A stretch of DNA of 64,000 nucleotides from Basidiobolus meristosporus CBS 931.73. Taxonomy: Eukaryota > Fungi > Basidiobolomycota. The notes under the pieces were generated by a model, which worked only from the letters and a program-made list of their open reading frames with translations, did no database searches and had not been told where the DNA came from. This document shows, piece by piece, positions 38,097-51,260 of the stretch. Where the stretch lies: positions 7,165 to 71,164 of the forward strand of contig MCFE01000461.1 in assembly GCA_002104905.1 (NCBI GenBank), in the 5' to 3' direction. A program made the translations under genes and the position numbers. The first letter of the stretch is position 1. Every line of letters begins with the position of its first letter.

Positions 38097-38747
38097 ATGT
38101 CGTCCAACAGCATGTACTACTATATCTCCCAACTCGGAAAACCTGATCTTATTTCTTCTCAGAACATCATCGGCTCCACAGTTAGCCGACCACACGTTTG
38201 TAATGTCTGCCAGAAGGCCTTTAGACGCCTCGAGCATTTGACTCGACACATCCGCACCCATACAGGCGAGAAGCCGTATTCATGTGCGTTCGAAGGGTGT
38301 GGAAAGCGGTTCTCCAGGTCAGATGAGCTGACTCGCCATGCTCGGATACACAGCAAGGGCGCTAGGCACGCTGGAAACCCCACTGGGCAAGCCTCGCCTT
38401 TCCTGGTCAGATCGCCGATGCTTCCCAACAACCTTTGCTACAGCCCCCGGTTGGCTGGCGATGGGGCTTCCTACGCTTCAGACCTCGTCTTCCAGCACGG
38501 CCACATGCCCTCTGGAAAATTCAACCTTCCATCCATCCACCCACCAAGCCCGGTATGGTCCATCGACTCGGTCTCCACCAACTCCGACTCAGACGAGGAA
38601 ATGAATCAAAGCAGCTCGCAGTGCGTACCCGCCGGCAGCCCGCCCAGCCAATTCCGTCTCAGTGACATCATGGAGCTTGCGCCCGAGAAACGGATCCTGC
38701 CACCACCAAACTTCTCCACCAAGCCTAGGCCGTTCTTCCCCTACTGA
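38097..38747 (+). CDS. creA: CreA/Mig1-type two-C2H2 zinc-finger transcription factor
   Basis: [33 protein letters not shown]...[18 protein letters not shown]; LPSI and LPPP motifs; TATAAA ~110 bp upstream; first ATG at 38097. Confidence 0.85.
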   Translation: MSSNSMYYYISQLGKPDLISSQNIIGSTVSRPHVCNVCQKAFRRLEHLTRHIRTHTGEKPYSCAFEGCGKRFSRSDELTRHARIHSKGARHAGNPTGQASPFLVRSPMLPNNLCYSPRLAGDGASYASDLVFQHGHMPSGKFNLPSIHPPSPVWSIDSVSTNSDSDEEMNQSSSQCVPAGSPPSQFRLSDIMELAPEKRILPPPNFSTKPRPFFPY

Positions 38748-40145
38748 ATCCACCCGAGCACCCTCCCGATTTTTTGATATACCCACTCATTAGCTGTGCT
38801 TATGTATATATACATATATATATCAAGACGCTCTTGGATGGCCTGGCTATCCAAAGAATATCAAGTAATTTCAGGCAGCTCCTCTGCAGTTGGCAGCAAC
38901 CAACCTAATTCCGCAGAGCTTGTGCCCTACTTCGTAATCTAGACGGTTGAAGCATAATAAACCTCATTGGTACAATGGAATAGCATGCGGAAGCAACGGC
39001 ACCTGTGTGCCATATGGAACGGATGGAATGTGCCTCGCGAGCCAGTGATCGTCCGATGCGCCAGCCCACCCAATCTGACCGAACTCTCGCTGCCCGCTTC
39101 TCGACAATCGCCTCCCATGGCAGTGCGAGACGTAAGAAGCTTAAGCTCAATCCCAATGATATGCTGCTTCTCCTTAGAATTTAGCCATGTCCTATTACGG
39201 TTAAGTTGGGATTGGAAGAGATGCGTTAAGTCCATCATGTAACCATCGAATCATCCCCTAGCACCATATCAGGCAATTGTCCAGCAGCGATCTAGGAATA
39301 ACTGATCTCCATCAGGAATTGTGAGCAATGGTGCAGGCCCAGCAGGCTACGATTGGGAGGCTCCACGCGATATGTTGGAGGCCGGCCATAGTGCAGAGCG
39401 AGAATGGATCGACTGTGGCCAGTTTTCGACTGCCGTCACAGGGGGAGGTCTCCTTTGGCTGGAAAGGCCAACCTACGCGACCGGGTCTTTGGATGTCGAG
39501 GGACACAATCCGGCGGTTTCAAGGAGATTAAATAGGAAGCGGCAGCACAAGCAACCACCCATCACGCCACCTCCATTTTAATAGAGTGGGTCTGCAGGCA
39601 GCACAGTGTTCATATTATGAACCATTGTCGTGGTCAGCTCGTGTAAGGCAGACGAAAATCGCAACCGGAAATCTTCGCTGAATTCGTCAGGACCCCTTGA
39701 TTGGGAATATCTATAAATAAAATTCCCATTGGAACTGCCTTCTTTGGCTTTCAATTTGCCCATCGCGGCGCGTCTCAAGAATCCCTTCGTAGCACAATGG
39801 AGGCTTTGTCACATTCCACAGCTGCATTGGTTCCCCATTGGGAGAGCACCATATTAGCCTTTCGGCAGTAGCCAATGGGATGGGTGTTTGACTGCATTGC
39901 CGCTACCTAACCAAGGAATATTATCAGTCAACCGTATATCAGACTGGTGTTGACAGCGAATAAGCCAATTTTGGCCTATGCATGTTGTTTGAAGCAAGAC
40001 AGATATTTTCCAATCCAGGCGTTTAAGCTTCATTGGAAGTGCATGGGCTGACCCTGGTCGCGGGCACCCTGTGGGTGTCTTTACTTATATATACTCAATA
40101 CCGCACTCTGCCTAAAGACCAAACCCTTCTTTGGACTGGTTAGTC

Positions 40146-40473
40146 ATGTCTGTCCCAAGTCTTCCCCAACACAACCGCATATATTATTGCCCTCAAGGAG
40201 ACTGCCATGAATTCGAGTCGACTTGGGCCTGGTACAATTACATCATCATTGTGCTTGTCGCTCCATTTTATTGCGTGGCTGAGCTTTGTTGCTCCACTTG
40301 CGGTCCGCGCGATCCCGGGCAAGACTCTATGAACTGGCCAGGATGCAATCCTCTTGTAAGTATCCTTCAACCACCACCCAAGCTTCCCTTGACTGACCAG
40401 ACTTGTTGTATGCCAGGGCGCCAAAAAGTGCAAGAAGTGCGGTGAGCCATATCGAGACTTTGAAATGGTCTGA
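40146..40473 (+). CDS. Small BRI3/LITAF-like Cys-rich membrane protein, 88 aa, 2 exons (40146-40355, 40417-40473)
   Basis: GTAAGT...CTGAC...CAG 61-nt intron in phase 0; product YCPQGDCH - hydrophobic segment - CCSTC...AKKCKKCG; TATATA ~55 bp upstream. Confidence 0.7.
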
Positions 40474-41162
40474 CGATGTAAAGAGACCTATCCACTACAC
40501 GTGCTTTTCAAGTTTGTAATATACATGGCGTCCGCTCCCCCTCCCTAATAAACTCCCGCACCCAAGCCGTAGTCAATAGTGGAAGCGACTAGTTCAGCCA
40601 ATGTGATTGATTCACTGACCACCCCTTCCCATGGCCTATTGGTGTGCTTCCTGGCGAAGCTGATTACCTACCCACCCCACTCTTTGTTTTTTGCAGTTAC
40701 CAGTCGTAATCACGCGGGTCCCTCGTTAGCGGTTTAATTGCGCAATCTGTTCGCGCCGGGCGTGGAACGGTGCGGTTACCCAAGACCACGAGGATCATTG
40801 GCTCAAAAAACTGTACAGCACTCACAACCATCACCTCAACAATAAATCCTCCTACATGAAGTGATTCTTGAAACGAATGATGGCTGCAGGACACCAGTCT
40901 AGTGTTGCATATCTAAATCATTGTCCAGTGTCGCGCTGCATCGCTAGTTTCTAAACGCCCCTATTGTTCCCCCCACTCCCACAAATTGCCTCCAGATCAT
41001 CTCGCCGCTGCCTCCTCGTCCCCCTCCTCCCCACAAATGAAATACCCACAATGCACTGTACACACATATTTGATATTTTTATATGATTGGTTAGAATAAT
41101 CCTCACTATACTAACTAAGCTTCGCCGTGGGAATGGATCAGGTCACCTGCATTGAGATGGCA

Positions 41163-44100
41163 CTATTGTGCGAGCTCTTCGCAGTAGGTCGCCGGAACTA
41201 GCCCAACGCGGCCATCGACTTGCGCCCTCCACCAATCTTCATCTATAATCTCCACCACGTCTATCACGGCATCGGCACTGACGGATAGCTCGTCATCCTG
41301 CTGGGCCTGATAATCATACAGGACTCTGGCCAGAAAAGTGGATTGGTCGGCGAGGTGCTCTGGGGCATTGGACTCCTGCTCGACATAGCTCTTCGGGAAC
41401 CATCCCTTAGCGCCGTTGCTCTCCAGCCTTCCGTACCACCAATCGCTTTCGTCGCTGGCCTGGGACACCTCGATGTACTCGTTCTCACGGAAGCCCAAAT
41501 CATCCGGGCCTTCTGTCTGATACTCATAGAGCGTTCTAGCTCGGAAGAGGACCTCTTCGACGTCGCCACTAGGAGGCTGCTCTGATTGGTTGATTGGTGC
41601 TTGTGATGGAGCGTTGGATTCTGATGGGGCATTGAATTCGTTACCAAACGTAGTCGAGACCGTGTCTTTTTCGGTTGGCTGGAAGGCATCGCCAAAGGCC
41701 TCGTCAAATTTGCTGGTGGGCGTGGGTTGTGGGGGCGCTGGGATGCTGCTGGAGGAAAAGAGGGACGATGCCAATCGTTTGGCATTTCCAGGTGCTGGGA
41801 AATCCGAGTCGCTTGGGGAGTTCGGCTCTTTCTCTACGACGTCCCACTCATCATCTTTGGGGCTATGAGGTGGCTCTGGAAGCTTGGGTGGTTCCGCCTG
41901 CTGCTTGTTGAAAGGGGACGCCGCTGGCTTGTTGGCGAATGAAAGAAAGGCAGGGGTTTTGGATTTCGAGCTCTGCCCACTTCCACTGGCGTGTTGGGCG
42001 AGGTCACGAGCACCTGAATTAGGTTGCTCATATCTTTCCTGCTCCTTCAGATCAGAGGTGGCACTTGCAACCTCATCTTTCACGGGAAGGGTTGGGGATC
42101 TGGTTTTCCCAATGTTCGAGACTGGGAACGGATTGTTTGGCTTGGGAATAAATGAAGGAATGGTTGACTTGGGCACCTGGGAGCCACCGAATGGGGCTTT
42201 TGTTTGTGAGGTCTTAGAGAAGCTGGTCTTTTCATCCAGCTTAGCCTTCTCAATTCGCTCGCGGACACTCGTCGCTTGCTCGGCCTCATCCTCATCATCA
42301 CTGCTCTTTACAGCCGGTGGATTGAAGGTGGGTGATGGTTTGGTGTTCTCTGTGTTGGTTTTGGGGAAGGGATTTTTGGATTTAGTGAGAAAGGAAGGGA
42401 CGGTTGATTTAACGGGCTTTGTGCTAGCTTCGGAGGGGGTGGCTTTGTTTAGCCAAAGCGTTTTGTATCCTCCAAGAGAGGTGTTGGTTGGGGCTGGTGG
42501 GGGAGGTGGTGGTGGTGGCACACTGTTGCTGCTGCTGCTTGGCGAGGTATCCTTAGCGGAACTTTGGTAATTCCGGTCGTTTATCGTCGAAAATTCCTTC
42601 GCTTTTTGCAGAACGGACTTTTCGTGCCCGCTAGATGTGCTTTCAGTGATCGGTTTGGTGACACTTTCTGGGCTCTCGGGCTTGTGCTCTTTCGTTCGTT
42701 GCAGCTGCGATTGGAAAAACGACTGTCTTTCTTTTAGCCTACGCTCAGCTTCTTCTTTAATAATGCGGTCCTTCTCCTCTTTCGATTTGGCTGTGGCTAC
42801 CAAGCTAGGCTTGAAGGTTGCGCTGGAGATCTTGGAGGGAATACTGCTGATGGAGTGGGAGCTGGTAGAGGAAAGGAAAGACGGCTTCGACTGTGGGGCT
42901 GAGGAGGCTCTCGCAGAAGAGAACCTCTTTTCGCGATCCTTCAGCTCATCCAGGAACTTCTTGGTTTCCAAATCAAGGCCAAGTCGTGAATCCCACTTCT
43001 TACGCTCTCTCTCATATTCGACCTGAGAGCTTCGAGGAGACGAACGTCCGGCCGATACGGTTTCCCGGCGGAGGATTTCTTGGATTTCTTTCTGCAGTTG
43101 CTGGATGGAGTTTTCTACCTCCTTAATGAGCTGGCGATTCTGCTGTTTTTCCTTGTTGACCCTCTCGGCTTCAGCGTCCAAGCGTTTCTTTGCTTCCAGA
43201 GCGGCTGGGTCGTTACTGGCCCCACTAGATTTGGTCAATGCCTGCATTCTTTGCGCCAGCATTTCAGCGGCTTTCTGTTTCAACTTATCAGCCTCCGATA
43301 AATTCTCACTGGAACCAGCTGCTTTGAATGGGAACAGGTTGGCGAGGTTGGTCTTCGGCGCAGCGACTTTGTGTAGTTTCGCATCGGAAAGTTTAAACAA
43401 CTCAAGCTTGATATCTGCCAGCTTGTCGTCCAAATCGTAGGCATTCTTGGTTAGTCTTGTAAGCTCCTTAGTTAATTCATTGAATTCGGATTCCAGTCTC
43501 TTGCGCTCCGCCTGTTGATTTTCGGAATCGATGTCCATCTTGCCTCGGAGTGGCTCGTCAGCCGGTACGGAAATTTCGTTGATGGAGTCCTGAAGGTGTT
43601 GGATTTTAACCTTGAGATCGGTTAGATCTACTTCATTTTGAGAGGAGAAAGTGGCTGCTTTGCTAGATTTGGATAGAATGGTGTCCAACTCGGCTTGCTT
43701 CTCCTTAATTTGCTTGCGAAGAGAGTCGAGCTTTACTAGACGGTCGCTGTAGCTGATGCTGGGCGAGGAAGGCTTGGGGGAGCTTCCAGGCTTTCTGCGA
43801 TTGCCTGAGACGTAGCCGCCATCCTCGTCTCGAGAATGTGGCTTCTTCTCCGCATAGAGGCCGGAAGATTCCGAATCAAAGTCCATCTTAGGAAAGCTTG
43901 GAGCCGGACTTGAGAAAGTGGAATTTTTTTTGTACGAAGAGGTGGTTCGCAACATTTGCTTAAGGCTGGACACGCTGTCCGATAGATCCTTCGTTGAAGG
44001 CGGAACAAGGTTGGCAGGTAGCGATTTTGGAATCTCCTGGCCGGCTAGCTTGGCGTAAATCAAGTGCATGGCAACGGCAAACTCATCGGAATTCAATTTC

Positions 44101-45059
44101 CCTTGGTTGTGGACATCTGCCAATCCCCAGATTTGGGCCAGCTCGGATTTGTTTAGACCAGACTCGGTGAACACTTGTCTGGCTCTTTCACCAGACAGAA
44201 AACCAGTGTGTGCGTTGTCGAGGGACTTGAAGATTTGATCGAATTGGGCTTTCTCTTCGGGGGTCACCGCCCACTGTGCCTTGGCTGAGTTGGGGCTTTG
44301 GTAGCCACTGTACTGGGAGGGCGTATTTCTTGGGTCCATCGAGCCGCTTAATGGTGTAGTGACTCCGGGAATGCTAGGCCCTGATTGGTGGTAATTGGAG
44401 TAGGTTGGATTGGAGGCGCCGATGTTTGGAGTGCCTAGATTAGGCGTTCCTACGTTAGGCACGGCACCTGGTTGCATGGCGGTGATAATCTCTTGACGTA
44501 TGTTGTTTGGAAGCTGGTTAGGGACAATTTGTCCAGTCAGCTTCATGTTAATCAAGTACATAGCCAGGGCAAATTCAGGGAATGTGAGCGATCCAGTGGC
44601 GTTAATATCGGCCATAGACCTACACGAAGGAAAGTGTGAGCAGAGGATTCAAGGGGTCGGGGGTGGACGCGAGTTCGTACCAGATCTGGGCAAGGATCTC
44701 CGAATCAAGCTTCGAACGCAGGAAGATGTCTCTTGCCGCCTCACCTACAAATTAGGGATTAAGTGCGTAAGTACAAGGTCAGTCTAGGGGGTTTCCGAAG
44801 GCGACTTGAACCTGTGAGTTGCTGGTTGAAGCCGGAAACGTTCTGGCTGAATAACTGCTCAAACTTTGCTTGCTCAGTAGGGTTCAGAAAGGAAAGTTTT
44901 GCTACAAGGAAAATCGAGGGAATGAGCACCACGCTCGGCCGATCAAAGTTTTGACACATTCTTACGCAAATGAGTGTTCATGGGTCCAGACGTGAGTTGA
45001 AGCTGATTGAGACCTCCCATGGGAAGACCGCTTCCATAATTGCCTCCGTTGTTGTACAT
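41163..45059 (-). CDS. PAN1: Pan1/intersectin-like endocytic scaffold (EH domains, coiled coil, Pro-rich, two SH3), 4 exons, ~1234 aa
   Basis: Exons 44966-45059, 44812-44901, 44681-44744, 41163-44619; EH motifs LAQIWSMAD..F.EFALAM and LAQIWGLAD..LNSDEFAVAMHL; SH3 ARTLYEY...DDLGF and ARVLYDYQAQQDDELS. Confidence 0.92.
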
Positions 45060-46534
45060 TTGATCTCTGAATCTTGGAGATGGGAAACGAGGATAGATGA
45101 GTGACGGTGATGATAGGTATCCCAGTAACTCTCGACAGCTGGATAAGTGAAGTGCGTTTAAGAAAGGGAATAGCAAGAATACCAAGGGTTGAGATACCCA
45201 AAGTTTTGCGAGAAGCTGAGGTAAGGTTCAATGGCTGATTCCCGAAACGATATCAGCATCTCTAGATCTCTGGTTTCCAATAAGATAAAGCGATTTGGGA
45301 ACAAGATATACCGGAATAGAATCCCATATCATTCATCTATACTTAATAGGATAGAAGATTCTCTGCTCAATATTTCGAAATATTCCACTGTCTTGATAGG
45401 TATCCGAAACGACTGGTGTAGACCTCGCGGTCAGGAAAAAGCCCACATTCCCTCGGGATTGCATCTTTGGCTCTTGGTGGGGTTATAATCCTCAACGATC
45501 AGCTTGACCCTGTTGGCGAAGCGCAAAGATTTTAGCCCTGGCTGAACAGAGGCCGCTCATATGCCACCCAAATACAGGCTCTAAAATCTTACGTGTCCTC
45601 TCTACCTGTTTACAAGTCTCCCTAACATAATGGGCATATATGGCAAAGTACCACAGAATTCACGTCACCAGCTTGGCACAAGAAGCGAGCAGTAGAAGCT
45701 GTCATTTTAAGAAACTGGCTTCATTTCAGGTGGTTTCCCGTGGCACGCTTCGATCAACTCGTTTGGTGGGACTTGGGGGGTTCAAGTTCAAGACTTCTTT
45801 GCTCAGCAACCCTGGGGCATTGGGAGAGGATCAACAAAATGCAATTCGGGGGCGGGGTATCTGGTGGTGATATGAGGGTTTGAAGTAATGATCTACAGTC
45901 AAGCAATTGGCCGTAGCTGCCGCTCAGATTAGGCGAATTCGACGTGGAACAATAGTGACTAATACCACCGATAGCCATGGGAACTCCGCTACTGCACTTA
46001 AGATTAGAAGGGTGCCATCAAGGTTAAAGTAGGGAATTCTTTGTGGAGAGCCACCATCCAAAGCTTGATCCAAAACATTCCTAATTAGGCGCCAGCCGCT
46101 CATCGATGACGATTCTTGTCGTTAGAGTTTCATGCTAAATAAATCACTCTCCTTATGGGCGATCGGTTGCCAAATATACTTGAGGTGGCCACTTGACAGA
46201 AATTACGCTTCTTTATTCAAGAGCCGCAACTGCATCCAACCCTCGATGTGTAGGGATTAGCTCGGAGTGATTTATTGGATGGCAAATCAGGCAAATCAAT
46301 ATGAAACATCCTATTACATTAACGGTCCGATCCTCTCAGAAGCGGTTGGCTTTGGCTAGAACCTCCAAATGTTGTACCAACTGTGATCGCAATGATACTT
46401 GAGCGGTCTGACAAATACTGCAGATGCAAACAGATATAAATAGCGAACGCTCACCAGGTTCCCGTCAATCACTCATATGCTTCTGCTTACTTGGGGTTGA
46501 GCAGTAAATCCTCTGATAGCTGGAAATAGATACT

Positions 46535-47436
46535 ATGTCAGCCTCTTCAGCACATCTGGTCGACTTCGAAAGCCAATTCCGACTCTTCGTGGTGGCGATC
46601 TCCCTCCCTATAGCGTGTCGAGATGTCTATAGGTCTGTCAAAATAGTGATTCATGACGACCCAGTCATCTACAAACTCAACCTTCTGCAGACGTTCCTGC
46701 TTCTTGTCAATACGGTGGCCAGTATCCCCTCCTTCTTTGGCCAAAGCATCAATTGCACCGTTTTGAGTATCGCCAACTTCGTGCTGCACTATTTCTCACT
46801 GCTCACCATGAATGTAATCCTCTATCTGGAGGCGTACTATTCTTCCACCCGGACCAGGTTTGTTGCCTGCGTATGTGCCCTGATCCTAGCTGCGCAAACG
46901 ATCTGCCTCGCCCTTGCGCTTCAGGGCGGGCTGTTCACGACCTCGCCCTATGGGGGATGTAAAGTTATCCTCACGAACAACTGGAACATTGGAATGTCCG
47001 TAGCAACCTCCATCCTCATAGTCTTCCTGATAGGCGTGTTTATCATGAATCTGCACCAACTGCCCGACATGGATCGCAACCAAGCCTATCGGGTCATGAT
47101 CCGTCATAGCGTCATCTTTGGCATAGTTATATATGTGTTTGACATTCTATTCCTCGTCCTTGAGGTGCTTGGGCTGCTGGATCCAGGCATTACTCTGGCC
47201 TTGAACTGTAGGTGCCCAGCATTCTCTATCACCTTTCCGAAGGCTAACGAGTAATCTTATATTTAGGGCTTATTAAATCCAGGCTAATGACAGTCATGAT
47301 GGCAACTGCCTATCGACGCCGAAAATCCCATCGGAAGATATCCCTTGGGGCAGCCGAGTCCGCAACCGAGCTGGAAACCAAGATCAGCTATGGAGATTGT
47401 CAGTCTAGCGACAAGGATCTTTGTCGGATGACATGA
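46535..47436 (+). CDS. Putative 7-TM (GPCR-like) membrane protein, 280 aa, 2 exons (46535-47207, 47267-47436)
   Basis: About seven hydrophobic segments; 59-nt GT..GCTAAC..AG intron extends the frame with WLIKSRLMT and a hydrophilic tail. Confidence 0.7.
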
Positions 47437-48858
47437 GGCCAGCACCAATCCTTCATGCCAAGTGATCTGTTTCGTAGAGCCTATATTGTTGTATGTAAAT
47501 AAAGTCCAACCTTCCCTGGATGCAGTTGCACCACAACATTCCTCGGTAGTATTGCTTAATGTGGAGCCTGTGGTTCGCATACGGAGTCAACGCGCTTGAG
47601 AGGCCCCCTCCTGACGGTATACTAGAGATGTTGCTGGCTTGCCAGTTGGGAGCTGATGAAACCCCAGGAGGCCCCTTCTGGCTCGGCGCTTAATCGACAT
47701 ACCAAAATTAGATCCACAACCAACCCACGCCATGATAACCCGTGACTCCTTGGTCATAATTGGAGCGGCAACAGGCGAGGAAATCCCTTTCGGCAATTAA
47801 TCACTTCTGGCTATCATCCTGCTTCTTGCGACACCGAATTGGCAGGTGGGATCAGCTCCGTGCTTATGGGGATTTTGGAGCCCTGATCAGATCATACCTC
47901 CGCGGATTCTTTGCATTTGGACGCATGCTAGAAAACAACTGGTGTGACCACATATCGCGCGGCCTATGTGGCTCCTTCGACACGCTCCATATGAGGCTAG
48001 ATCACCAGCAGCTCTGATGAAAGTCCAGAAGACCCTCAGATATTTTGGGTAGTTTAGTGCTAAGCCTGGGGCGTTGTGACTGAACAGATGCAGAAAGTAC
48101 GGTTGCAAGCCGGCGACTTGTGTGTCACCCCAATGTAGATCATTGTCCAATGGGTTGCATTATGCTAACTGCTTATCTTCGGGCTCTCATTGGTAGCTGC
48201 CGCAAGAACTAATTAAGCACCGGTTTGTCGTATCTGCCTTTCGGAGTCGGTGTGTGGGGTGGCGAAACATTGCCTTTTGATGCTCCAGGCTTCAGCCGAT
48301 CCTTCGATCGTTAGTCGTCTAACTGGCCGGTAAGCAGTACATGATTCTGTCGTGACTGTGATTTGCCAATAGCGCTTTGATGTGAGGTTTCCGTTGCCGG
48401 ATGCCGACATTCCCAGAACCATGCCCAATCCTGTCGATTGCATATTTATCAAATCGCCACTCATGCCCCTGAGGGCCCTCCGACAGTCATGCTACTTGAC
48501 ATTGGTGCCTACGACCCCAGTCAATTTTCGAGGCAGCAACAGTACAAAGCCCTCCGTGCCTCCAGTCTATCGCCCAGTTTGAAACATGCATTCATCCATT
48601 TGGTTTGTTTATTTCGCATCCAGAGAAACTTGGGTCCCTGATGAAGTCAACAAAGTATGCAACCAAGAATTAGATGCCGGTCGGCAAAGGTGCTATATAA
48701 TTACAGTGAAAATTGAGGCCTGATGGATCGGATTGCCACCGATACCATTGTCAATTAGTTTGGTGTGCATGCATGGTAACCAGATGCATTGATGTGAATG
48801 AGTTTTGCTTATCAGATGAGCAGCGTCAGTATGTGGAGCTCTTGATGGCTCTGGGGGA

Positions 48859-49512
48859 TCATTTGCTGTACAAGTCGAAGTATGGGCATGATAGTTTCCA
48901 GCCCCAGTCAGATGTTCGCGAGGGCTTCAATGGAGGGAAGTCCTCGATCCGGACATATTTTCCACAGAAGTCCCACTTCAGTTGTCCGGTGTTTTCTGAA
49001 TAATAGGTGTAATCTTCATTGAAACTAACGTCGATTGGGTCGCATTTCTGAATCCTGCCAACTTCCAAAACCCACTCACCACACACTTCCTCGATAGATA
49101 TGTCACATCGACGACTATCGGTTTGGGCAAAGGCATAATTGGCCTTCCATTTAGACCTGAAATTGGCAACCGCTTTCGTTAGGGATGGAGTGGTGCGTTG
49201 GACTATCTCGACTAGTTCGGCTGTGCTCTCAGATCGGAACTCCTGCTTTCGAAGCTCAAGGATCGTCAGGAGTTCGTCAGCTGTGAGTCGATATGCGCAG
49301 TCCCCAGAGTAGTCTGCGCGAGGTTGGAGAGTCGGGGCAACGCCTTTCTTATTGCTCCACGAGCGTTGGCACAGCTCTTGCCAAATGGACTCCTGATTGC
49401 AAATTAATCTCCAGGAACGGGAAACCAGAGAGGCCTGGCAAATATCCGCCGCATCCAGCCAGGAGAAAATCCGGGTCACAATTTCAATGGGGAATGCTGT
49501 GATAGGGTCCAT
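48859..49512 (-). CDS. F-box protein
   Basis: MDPITAFPIEIVTRIFSWLDAADICQASLVSRSWRLICNQESIWQELC F-box. Confidence 0.85.
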   Translation of the reverse strand: MDPITAFPIEIVTRIFSWLDAADICQASLVSRSWRLICNQESIWQELCQRSWSNKKGVAPTLQPRADYSGDCAYRLTADELLTILELRKQEFRSESTAELVEIVQRTTPSLTKAVANFRSKWKANYAFAQTDSRRCDISIEEVCGEWVLEVGRIQKCDPIDVSFNEDYTYYSENTGQLKWDFCGKYVRIEDFPPLKPSRTSDWGWKLSCPYFDLYSK

Positions 49513-51260
49513 GATACTTAATGGCATATCGGTTCAGGCTTGATTATACAATAAACAAGATGGGTGCTAGGTGGGTGCGATCAGTAGGGTTGCAGGCCGA
49601 TCTCGAGACTATTTATACACGTCGAAGGAAAAGATGGCCCCTGTCAGCCCCTACCATGGACGAAACGATTGCTACATTGGTATATTGCTATATTGAATTG
49701 ATTCGAGGTGATTTGGTGCAGATGAGATCATTGGCTTTTGTTACGATAGACACCCAGAATCAATTTTAATATAGCTCGAAATCGAATCTATCCAATTATT
49801 GGTTTATGAATGATCTACATTCCGGAAATGTCTGCACACTGACTGGTTTTGGGACTTGCTGGTGGTGGGCAGCCTTGGATTTGCGATTCGAATATTCAGA
49901 TCCCTTGCCTGTTCCGGAATCACAACTGAAAACTGCTCAGAAACAAAGTGAATCGCCAGGCTGGCTACGATGCGTCCAAGCCATTCGATTCAGTCCATGC
50001 TGGAGTAATCAGGATCCAAATGCTAATCAAATTATCCTCATCTAATTGCTTTCCTGTCATCTACAGCCTGGGATCAGGCGGCTATACCGTTGTGCCATTA
50101 GTGCACCAGATGAGATCCAGCCGTCTGCGGTTGACATGGCATTATTGGGCAGGTTTGGCCGTAATTTGTAATACAGTTGTTAGTTGGTTGCTACGTATTC
50201 CATCCAGGGTCTTCCGCCTTATTCAGTGGTCAAAAAATCTCGGAAATACCAGTCACAGGGAAATCAAATGACAACAACCTTCCAATTGTAAGTGTCTCCG
50301 CCTCGTTTTGCAGTTTAGGGTAAATGTTCTCCTCACATCCTATTCTGCCGTACTCCCCGCGGCGCTGGCCTGATGCGTTGCCAACCCCATGTAATATAAG
50401 CCATCTCAGTGGCCATCTGGTGTCCCCTGTCAAGGGACACATCACTCCACAAAAACGAGGGTTGGGCAGACACAGCCGTCGCCTACAGCAGGCTTGCGAT
50501 TAGGTCAACGAAACATCATCAGGGAAAAGCTGTTCTTGACAACACAGTTTCGAGCAGTGGCGCACTGTTAAAAACCAGTTGGCTTCACACACATTCCGGC
50601 CATTTTCACTGGTTGCGTCCTTGAAGTTACATAGTTTGAGATCCTTTATTTACTCTTTCAGACATGGATTCTCATCCTCCTTCAACTGTTTCGCTAGCTG
50701 GTACGTGTAGTGAATATTGTGGTCCTTGTGTCTTGAAAGAGATACTGCTCAGTAAACAGCCGCTTTGCGGTCGCTTGGATCCGCCTTCGAACCGGTGTCG
50801 GAGAAGCTGCATCTATGGGCAGCGAAACCCCCGAGTGCTAATTCTACTTGATGTGGAGGCAGATGACCTGGATTTGAGAGTAGGTCTAATCAAAACATTC
50901 AGCGAAGAGGCGGAGATTTCCCACTCGTCCTTTAGATAGGTGACTGTCTAGGTGAATGCAAGTGGACAATATACATCGGAAGATCTTCTATTTTCCAAAA
51001 ATTACAGAGAAAAGCTGAAGGAGTGCTGGGAGTGATTATGAAACCGCATGGTGGAGCTGGATACTGCTAAGGATTGATCAGGTTGATTTTTTACGTAGCA
51101 TGATTTTAATGTTACTTTCTAAAGAACGGGAATTACCAAGTGGGAGAATATGAGGTATTTTAAAGAGTCGATATGAAAAGATATTATATATGTATACCAC
51201 TGAAATGAGTAGTCGGGCATTGTACTAGGCATGACTCATCTATGGATCTCCACGATTCGC

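Noticed and set aside
41264-44008. Long ORFs antisense or out of frame to PAN1 (e.g. 41884-42570)
   Set aside because: Shadow ORFs of a low-complexity coding region; the same applies to shadows of the CHS and PHO84 genes.
50640-51260. Extra chitin synthase C-terminal exon or separate gene
   Set aside because: No splice combination gave a clean open frame.
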